A DNA stretch of 64,000 bases from an uncultured virus (IMG/VR IMGVR_UViG_3300010340_000980) (lineage: Duplodnaviria > Heunggongvirae > Uroviricota > Caudoviricetes). The DNA lies in IMG/VR virus record IMGVR_UViG_3300010340_000980, one strand, 5' to 3'. Below the pieces are notes generated by a model. The model did not search any database and was not told the DNA's origin. It saw nothing but the letters and a program-made list of their open reading frames with translations. Every line of letters starts with the position of its first letter. Position 1 is the first letter of the stretch. This document shows positions 57,410 to 64,000 of the stretch, piece by piece. The translations under genes and the position numbers were made by a program.

Positions 57410-57735
57410 CTTGTAAGGTGTTTATCGATTAACTCCTTTAATTGGTTTTTTGAAATAGCACCAGTGTTTCTTTCAACAATTTGACCATCTTTATAAATGA
57501 GAATGGTTGGTATATTTCTAATTCCTAATATTTTAACAGTTTCTGATGAATCATCCGCGTCTAGTTTTCCAAAAACTAACTTGTCTCTATATTCATCAGA
57601 AAGTTCATCAATAATTGGACTTAATACTTTACAAGGACCACACCAATTTGCTTTTATATCTACAACTGTCAATCCTGTTGAAGTATGTTCAGTATAATTA
57701 TCATTATTTAATTCTAATACATTTACTATTAACAT
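57406..57735 (-). CDS. trxA: thioredoxin
   Basis: WCGPC, IRNIPT. Confidence 0.95.
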   Translation of the reverse strand: MLIVNVLELNNDNYTEHTSTGLTVVDIKANWCGPCKVLSPIIDELSDEYRDKLVFGKLDADDSSETVKILGIRNIPTILIYKDGQIVERNTGAISKNQLKELIDKHLTS

Positions 57736-57754
57736 AAATTATTTTATTTTTATA

Positions 57755-58348
57755 TTATAAAAACATATCATCTAATAATTCAAACTCTTTTTCAGTCTCT
57801 TTCATTAGAATGTTTCTACCATTACGTATTTGAGATTTCACTGTAGATAAATTAAGTTTTAATTTATCAGCGATATCTTTATATTGCATTTTATCAATTT
57901 CCCTCATTTCTATAACTCTTCTATAAGGATCTTTTAATTCAGAAATTCTTTTTTTCATTATTTCTGCTTTTTGTAACATCAAATTATGTAGATATTCCTG
58001 TGATTCTTCTTCTTGAAGAAAATCTTTCATTGTTGTGCCTTCTTCATCAATTTCAACATCAAGTGACATTGTTTTTTTAGAATTTTTAATGTCTTGTAAC
58101 ATTAAGTTTTTAGCGATAGTGAAAAGCCAAGTTGAGAATTGAGACTTTTCTTTTTCATACTTATCAATTTTTTCAAATGCAATTAAGAATGAGTCAGTTG
58201 AAATATCTTCAGCTTTTTGTGGATCATTACACATTCTAGATGTGTAATAAATTAATTTTGGGTAATACTTTGTGTAAAAGAAAGAAAAATCTTTTCCTGT
58301 TCTTTCTCTAAATAATTTTTCTTGCTCTGGAAAAAATGTTGAAATCAT
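57755..58348 (-). CDS. ECF-type RNA polymerase sigma factor
   Basis: AEDI..D.F, FSTWLFTIAKN, Y.DIA..L.....TVKS.I..GR. Confidence 0.93.
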   Translation of the reverse strand: MISTFFPEQEKLFRERTGKDFSFFYTKYYPKLIYYTSRMCNDPQKAEDISTDSFLIAFEKIDKYEKEKSQFSTWLFTIAKNLMLQDIKNSKKTMSLDVEIDEEGTTMKDFLQEEESQEYLHNLMLQKAEIMKKRISELKDPYRRVIEMREIDKMQYKDIADKLKLNLSTVKSQIRNGRNILMKETEKEFELLDDMFL

Positions 58349-58506
58349 AAGTGCCTTTAATTTTTTTTAATTCAGTTTGTAACCGATAATTGCCGTTTAA
58401 ATATAATGTATTTTACACATCATATTACTATTTTATAGTTTTATATATTCAAAAGTTTTATTCCCTGAATATTTATTTGGTAATTTTTACAACATTTTAT
58501 TTATCA

Positions 58507-58893
58507 TTAATTTAAAATTTCATTTAATTTTTCTTCTCTTATTTTTTGAATAGGGTCTTCGATCCATTCAATTAAATTTGAATCTATCCAAGAGTTATTA
58601 ACCATAGATATCATTTGATTTTTACTTGCCCCCTCACTATTAAATTCAGCACTAGATGTTGAAAGATTAATTACTTCAACTTTTGATCTATTTTGAGTTT
58701 TTTCTAATTCACCAACTTCAAATTGAGCATCAACATTCTTAGCACCACTATTAATAGAATATGAATTTGTATAAATTCCTCTTCTTAGGTATTTAGGCCT
58801 TTTTGTTTTTTGTTTATTTATTTTAATAAGTTGATATATTTTTAATAAAAAAATACCTGTAATAATTCCTAAGATATAATATAAGTAAAACAT
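58507..58893 (-). CDS. membrane-anchored protein with C-terminal REEKLNEILN
   Basis: N-terminal TM helix. Confidence 0.6.
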   Translation of the reverse strand: MFYLYYILGIITGIFLLKIYQLIKINKQKTKRPKYLRRGIYTNSYSINSGAKNVDAQFEVGELEKTQNRSKVEVINLSTSSAEFNSEGASKNQMISMVNNSWIDSNLIEWIEDPIQKIREEKLNEILN

Positions 58894-58899
58894 TTTATT

Positions 58900-59406
58900 T
58901 TATTTTTCGTTATTTAAATATTCATCCCAAAATTCATCATCCGAGACAGAGTTGTCAATATAGTTATCAATACCAAGACTGGTAAATTTCTTATTAATAG
59001 ATTCGTATTTCCTAATATTTGACTTGATTTTATTTTCAACATATTCAAGAATTTCTTCACCAGCATTACCTACAAATTTACCATCATCATCTACTTTATC
59101 AATATGACCTTTTTTAAAATGAATTACATTGATATGAGACTCACCAAGAACTTCAGAGATAGATTTATCTCTATTAAAAGATTTAGTGATTCCATTAGCA
59201 CTAAAAAAATCATCCATGCTTTTCATGGACTCATTTAGGGTAATTCCAAGTCTAGTAATTGCTGGTGCAATTGTTTTATACTTATTGGCATCAAACCAAT
59301 TAGGTGAATATTCATCCGAACATTTATTTTTATACTTAACAAAATATCCATCACCCTGTGCATAGTCATATGATTTGAAGGGTGTTCTCCATACAATATA
59401 TTTCAT
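58900..59406 (-). CDS. hypothetical protein
   Basis: ORF; internal RDKSISEVL. Confidence 0.6.
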   Translation of the reverse strand: MKYIVWRTPFKSYDYAQGDGYFVKYKNKCSDEYSPNWFDANKYKTIAPAITRLGITLNESMKSMDDFFSANGITKSFNRDKSISEVLGESHINVIHFKKGHIDKVDDDGKFVGNAGEEILEYVENKIKSNIRKYESINKKFTSLGIDNYIDNSVSDDEFWDEYLNNEK

Positions 59407-59416
59407 ATTTATAATA

Positions 59417-59851
59417 TTAACTATCAAACCAAAATACACATCTTACATTATCTGGATTTTGATCAATTTTTTTCATTTTTTCAATTGATTTAAGGAAACC
59501 TTCTAAATGCACATCTTCATATTTATTCCAATCCACATTTAATAGTTCTGTTAAGGTTATATAAGATGTAGAATGTGCATCCCATTCCCATCCTTGATAA
59601 TGATCTTTCAAATCATCTGATGCATCATCTGGAAATCCTCTTTGATCAACAATAGTGCCTTCTCGAGGAGAAGTTCTTACATTAGCAAGAACACCAAATA
59701 GACCATAATTTCTATCATCATACCATTCACCATCAACTAAAGTCCAATCAGGATCAATAGAATCATTTTCTTCAAGAACTTCATTGATTGACTGGTTTCG
59801 TTTAAATTGTGTAGATTTTTTTTCTACAAAAAAGTGAATATCACATCCCAT
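59417..59851 (-). CDS. conserved phage protein (MGCDIH...RNY.LF..LA.VR...F.FD family)
   Basis: Recognisable motif pattern, with RNQSINEVL inserted near the N-terminus. Confidence 0.7.
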   Translation of the reverse strand: MGCDIHFFVEKKSTQFKRNQSINEVLEENDSIDPDWTLVDGEWYDDRNYGLFGVLANVRTSPREGTIVDQRGFPDDASDDLKDHYQGWEWDAHSTSYITLTELLNVDWNKYEDVHLEGFLKSIEKMKKIDQNPDNVRCVFWFDS

Positions 59852-59853
59852 AA

Positions 59854-60033
59854 TTACATTAGTTTAGTTCTAATATCATTTAAAATTCCAGCGAAGAATC
59901 CCAAAATAAGTCCAAGTCCAATTGACTCTCTTAATCCAAGAAGCAAGAAAATATATGATATAAAAATAAAAATAATGCTGTAAAATCCTAATTGATAAAA
60001 TCCTTTAAAATTATATTTTTTATTATTTTCCAT
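59854..60033 (-). CDS. small membrane protein (59 aa)
   Basis: Translated by hand; two hydrophobic segments; fills the gap in the operon. Confidence 0.6.
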   Translation of the reverse strand: MENNKKYNFKGFYQLGFYSIIFIFISYIFLLLGLRESIGLGLILGFFAGILNDIRTKLM

Positions 60034-60034
60034 A

Positions 60035-60298
60035 TTAATATACTCCTATTTTTTCTACCTCTCCATGATTCTCCAAAATATAGTTCATAGCATCATCAAA
60101 TGACTTGAATTCATCAATATGAGTCCAATCCGTTTCATATGCTTCACCACCTTCAAATTCATCTATCCATAGATTATAAGATTTGTTTTTAGTAGTTACT
60201 AACTTTTGAGACTTTGCATCCCATTTATTCTCAAAGTCTTCATTAATTGAAAATCCAATATCAGGATTTGATTTCAGTTGAAAGATTGTAATTTTCAT
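60035..60298 (-). CDS. hypothetical protein
   Basis: ORF in operon. Confidence 0.6.
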   Translation of the reverse strand: MKITIFQLKSNPDIGFSINEDFENKWDAKSQKLVTTKNKSYNLWIDEFEGGEAYETDWTHIDEFKSFDDAMNYILENHGEVEKIGVY

Positions 60299-60482
60299 TT
60301 TTATCTTGTATTTTTAGTTCTTTACGATATTTTCTTCTTTTTAAAATTTTCATTTTTGACCTCACTTTTCGAGCGTTTCCATATCTTGGACCTCTTTCTT
60401 CTTGCCAAAAAGCACCTTCACGATCTTCGTTTAAACTCAGTTTAACTCCGGATCTTTTTGAGTATTTACTTCTTTTTTTCAT
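60261..60482 (-). CDS. small basic protein
   Basis: K/R-rich ORF in operon. Confidence 0.55.
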   Translation of the reverse strand: MKKRSKYSKRSGVKLSLNEDREGAFWQEERGPRYGNARKVRSKMKILKRRKYRKELKIQDKNENYNLSTEIKS

Positions 60483-60484
60483 AT

Positions 60485-60736
60485 TTATTTTGATAAATTG
60501 TCAAAGTGTTTCTCAAAGTTTTCCTTTGAGATGGTTATTAAAGGACATCCTGATAACAAAAGAAGAATTTCCTCTCTATTACTCTCTGGATTTATCCAGA
60601 TACTATAATCCAATATCTCTCCAATTGATAGTGTCATTCCTTCTAATTTAGCTTTCATTTTACAAATACAAGATCCTGATAAATTATCAATCGCATTTTG
60701 CATTGCAATTTGTGTTGTATAGGAGTTTAGCGTCAT
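60485..60736 (-). CDS. hypothetical protein
   Basis: ORF in operon. Confidence 0.55.
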   Translation of the reverse strand: MTLNSYTTQIAMQNAIDNLSGSCICKMKAKLEGMTLSIGEILDYSIWINPESNREEILLLLSGCPLITISKENFEKHFDNLSK

Positions 60737-60741
60737 TAGTT

Positions 60742-62598
60742 TTATTTTAAAAGATTTTCTAATTGTTCAATCGTCATAATTGACACACCAAGATCAATAG
60801 CCTTTTTCTCTTTGGAAGAACCTGAACCTACCGCTTTCATAATAAGATATGTAGTTGTTTTACTTACACCACTACCAATCTTACCACCACGAGATTCAAT
60901 AACAGATTCTAAATCGGCTCTACGAACACCCGTGAATACAAAAGTCATACCATCTAAGTCATTTGATACTTTTACAGCTTCTTTTTTCTCTTGAATGGTA
61001 ATTGGAAGACCATCAATAAATTCAAAGAACTTATCATACCCATCAATATAAGATTTTGCTGAAATTTCAGCGAATCCTTCTATTTCAAGAATTTGATCTA
61101 TCTTTGGCTTAGTTGTAAAGTGTTCAAGTAAAACCAGCTTTTTAGAACCTAAATTTTTGAAAATACCAGTAGCATGTTGAAGCTTAGAAAGACTTACATC
61201 ACTCATTGCTTTCTTAATAGAATTATACACAATCTGAGCTTTACGTTTTCCAAAACGGTCAATTTTTTCTAAATCAGATTGAGAAAGATTTAAAATATCT
61301 TTAACACTTTTATGACCATTGTCCCACAATTGTTTGATAACACCTTCTCCAAAACTATCAGTTTCAAGAATCTCAAAGAAAGAGACTACTTGTTTAAATC
61401 GTTGTTCATCAGTTTCGGTAAGTGTGATTAATTCTATACCATTATCATTCCATCCAATGTTTGGAACATCAGGCATTTGAAATTCAACTGTTGTGATAAC
61501 ATCAGCAATAATAGGAATAACCATTCCTGATCGTTTTACAAGAACTTTAGCACCAACACCAAGACCCATATCTTTTACAAAACGAGCATTATTACCAGTA
61601 ACATTAGATACAGTTACTCCATCTAAACGAACTGGTTTAATATGTAGAATAGGTTTTAATAAACCTTGTTTAGAAATATTCCAAGAAATACCAATAACCT
61701 CAGACTCAGCAGATTGTTCAAAGCTAGGATGTTTAAATGCTCTGGCCCAAACTGGATTGTTAGAAGATGTTTCACGACCTAACTTATTTTGTAAAGAAAG
61801 ATCATTAATTTCGATAATAAGACCATCTATCTCATATTCAGTACCAAATTTATGAAATAAACTAATAAGTAATTCTTCTGTTAAGTCTGAAATTTTACAA
61901 ATATGATACTCGACCTTTGTGTTTTGATATTCATTGAGTTTATCTAAGATCTCTTGTTTTGTATTTGGAATAAATGATTTTGATGGAATACCACCATATT
62001 TAATATAATTACAATCTGTAAGTGATGGTCTAGCATCTGGTGAGTTAAGAAGACCTGCTATAAAATTTCGTGGATTAGCAAAATCCATAGAATATCTATC
62101 TAAAAATGTTTTTTTAGGCATCATAACTTCGCCATATGTGAAATAAAATTCAATCTCTTTAAATGGGTCGCCATAAATATAGACATCTTCATATAAGTGA
62201 TTTCCAATGAATTTATAGTGTTCATTAGATTTTTGACCAAATTCACCATCCCCGCGAGTCCATGCCTCATAAGATGTCTCTTTTACACAAAGAGACAAAC
62301 CATCAAATTTAGGAGTGATTATAACGATTTCGTTTTTAGATATGCCTTTAAGACGACACCAATCGTCAATATCTAACATAGATTTAATCTTATTCATTGA
62401 AGCCATTTCAATAGGAAGGCGACTTTTACGAGATTCATCTTGAATCTCATGTCCTACTATATTGAGTAGATCATTATTTGGATCCAAACTTCTTAATTCA
62501 TCAATAAGAATATCATATTGAGAATCTGACATAATTGGTTTTCCAGTTCTATATAGATGATTGGCTTCTTTAATTTTACTAATAAGTTTTTCTATCAT
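60742..62598 (-). CDS. ligA: NAD-dependent DNA ligase
   Basis: Y....P.MSD..YD, KFDG, TRGDG..G, NPRN..AG, DGL.I, A.K, HhH motifs, C-terminal BRCT. Confidence 0.95.
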   Translation of the reverse strand: MIEKLISKIKEANHLYRTGKPIMSDSQYDILIDELRSLDPNNDLLNIVGHEIQDESRKSRLPIEMASMNKIKSMLDIDDWCRLKGISKNEIVIITPKFDGLSLCVKETSYEAWTRGDGEFGQKSNEHYKFIGNHLYEDVYIYGDPFKEIEFYFTYGEVMMPKKTFLDRYSMDFANPRNFIAGLLNSPDARPSLTDCNYIKYGGIPSKSFIPNTKQEILDKLNEYQNTKVEYHICKISDLTEELLISLFHKFGTEYEIDGLIIEINDLSLQNKLGRETSSNNPVWARAFKHPSFEQSAESEVIGISWNISKQGLLKPILHIKPVRLDGVTVSNVTGNNARFVKDMGLGVGAKVLVKRSGMVIPIIADVITTVEFQMPDVPNIGWNDNGIELITLTETDEQRFKQVVSFFEILETDSFGEGVIKQLWDNGHKSVKDILNLSQSDLEKIDRFGKRKAQIVYNSIKKAMSDVSLSKLQHATGIFKNLGSKKLVLLEHFTTKPKIDQILEIEGFAEISAKSYIDGYDKFFEFIDGLPITIQEKKEAVKVSNDLDGMTFVFTGVRRADLESVIESRGGKIGSGVSKTTTYLIMKAVGSGSSKEKKAIDLGVSIMTIEQLENLLK

Positions 62599-62634
62599 TT
62601 TTAAGTATTTAAGCAAATGTAAGGATTAATTTTA

Positions 62635-63024
62635 TTAATTCAATAGTTCATTTAATTTATCTTCTCTTTCCCATTGAAGTGTTACATCTTTACAAGGAGG
62701 TAGTCCAGTGAATGGACTCGTTATAAGAAAATTATCTAATGTAACATTTTTATTAATAATTGGATTAACAATATTAATATTTTCAATCCAAGTCCATTCG
62801 TATTTAGTATCTTCTGGATTATCACCAAAATGAAGTAGTTTATTATGATAAATTTTAACTAAAACACTTTCTTTTGTATATGATGCCGGGAAAGTTTCTC
62901 TTTTAACCCAACAAAAATTAGGTTCTATAAAAATAAAATCTCCTTTATACAAAACAAATTCATCAAACTCACCATTAGATGTGTAAGAGATAGAACAATC
63001 TTTTATGATCTCATAGACTTTCAT
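62635..63024 (-). CDS. hypothetical protein with C-terminal REDKLNELLN
   Basis: ORF. Confidence 0.6.
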   Translation of the reverse strand: MKVYEIIKDCSISYTSNGEFDEFVLYKGDFIFIEPNFCWVKRETFPASYTKESVLVKIYHNKLLHFGDNPEDTKYEWTWIENINIVNPIINKNVTLDNFLITSPFTGLPPCKDVTLQWEREDKLNELLN

Positions 63025-63257
63025 AATAGTTCTTCGAGATTTTTATTACGATTATAAGTTTTCTCATCATACACTTCAATCACATACCCATCAATTTTAA
63101 ATTCTGAGGCCCAAACATCATATCCTCTTTTGTAATTAGGATTTTCCTCTAAGACTTTATCAATAGCTCCTTGTTTCGATTCTGAAACTATAGTAAAATT
63201 TGGTCTTGGACCACTATACCAACCACCATCATTGAATGTGACTACCCAGATTTTCAT
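63021..63257 (-). CDS. hypothetical protein with C-terminal RNKNLEELL
   Basis: ORF with TAtcTTTG promoter upstream. Confidence 0.6.
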   Translation of the reverse strand: MKIWVVTFNDGGWYSGPRPNFTIVSESKQGAIDKVLEENPNYKRGYDVWASEFKIDGYVIEVYDEKTYNRNKNLEELL

Positions 63258-63342
63258 AAAAAATTTTATACAAAGATAAGAAAAAAAACATTACGTGAGA
63301 AAAATCGATTAATTAATATATAAAAAAAATTAAAGCCTAATT

Positions 63343-64000
63343 ATGCCAATTCAAAGTTCATTTGTAACGGTAGCTAATCAAATAACCGCATATAATAAAA
63401 ATATTGTAGAAACTCTATCTAAAATCAATGCTTTATCTACAACGAAGGAGCCATCTGTTGATGTTCAAATAATTGATGTTGAGGGTGTATTAAGAAGTTA
63501 CAGTTTGCCTTCTTTTACATTTTTAAAAACAGAGATTGAAAGATTAAATAATTCAATTAATTCACTTTATAGTATAGATACTGCTGGTGCTTTAATTCAA
63601 ACATCAACATCAAATAAATTTAAAAAAATAATTACAGTTGATTTAAATAGAGAGCCTAACCCAATTAATGACTTAGGTTCTATTACACAATTTAAATCTC
63701 AGAAGAATTGGTTTTTCGATTCTATGTTAAATCCTGCTTTATTTATAGAGTTTGATTTAAGTAATAAAATTGAAAATAATGTTAGAAAGACATTATCTAG
63801 AAGATATATGATTGATTTTAATAAAGATGCTGATGGTAATTTTACAAATTTAGGACAATCTGCTATTAATAGTTTTAATCAATTATTTAGAGGTAAAAGT
63901 GACGTAGATATTCAAGATTTTGAAAATTGGCATAGAACTACTCCAGGCATTGTAAGCCCATTGGAACCTAATTATGATGAACAAGTTTTTGATTTAGAAC
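63343..64000 (+). CDS. 5' part of a large probable structural protein (runs off the window)
   Basis: Open frame from MPIQSSFVTVANQITAYNKNIVETLSKIN... to the window end; TAATATATA upstream. Confidence 0.7.
   Translation, partial: MPIQSSFVTVANQITAYNKNIVETLSKINALSTTKEPSVDVQIIDVEGVLRSYSLPSFTFLKTEIERLNNSINSLYSIDTAGALIQTSTSNKFKKIITVDLNREPNPINDLGSITQFKSQKNWFFDSMLNPALFIEFDLSNKIENNVRKTLSRRYMIDFNKDADGNFTNLGQSAINSFNQLFRGKSDVDIQDFENWHRTTPGIVSPLEPNYDEQVFDLE

Noticed and set aside
1..64000. Alternative genetic code (stop-codon reassignment), which occurs in some huge phages
   Set aside because: Long conserved genes are intact in code 11, TAA/TGA/TAG all terminate genes, and no suppressor tRNA was seen
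1..64000. CRISPR array or cas genes
   Set aside because: No regularly spaced direct repeats and no Cas-like ORFs seen

Overview
Very AT-rich, gene-dense segment of a jumbo/huge tailed-phage genome using the standard genetic code. The host is most likely a Bacteroidota bacterium, because TAnnTTTG -7 promoter boxes precede many transcription units. The window carries a large translation/tRNA toolkit: GlnRS, a catalytic-domain-only GluRS, IF3, SmpB, a YqeY protein, an L7/L12-CTD protein, an RNA ligase, a candidate nucleotidyltransferase and about 10 tRNAs plus degenerate tRNA-like RNAs. It also encodes CoaD/CoaE, a sirtuin, DnaJ, Rad50/gp46, an NAD-dependent DNA ligase, an ECF sigma factor, large probable virion proteins and about seven HNH/GIY-YIG endonucleases. 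Five signals lie outside the ORF track or are not explained by it. (1) Two ribosome-dependent attenuators (leader peptide, antiterminator, terminator) whose control codons match the tRNA clusters they precede: a Gln run before three tRNA-Gln and GlnRS, and Pro/Asp/Gln codons before an Asp/Pro tRNA cluster. (2) A minimal ~210-nt RNase P RNA lacking the specificity domain. (3) An integron-like cassette array whose attC-like hairpin supplies a promoter and N-terminal leader to the next cassette. (4) A group I intron in tRNA-Arg(UCU). (5) Two short peptide motifs shared by many unrelated proteins: R[DEN]xK[IL]xx[IL][LI] in about 20 proteins, and an N-terminal MKxIKKFNE-type leader. All calls were made by eye with no database searches or folding software.
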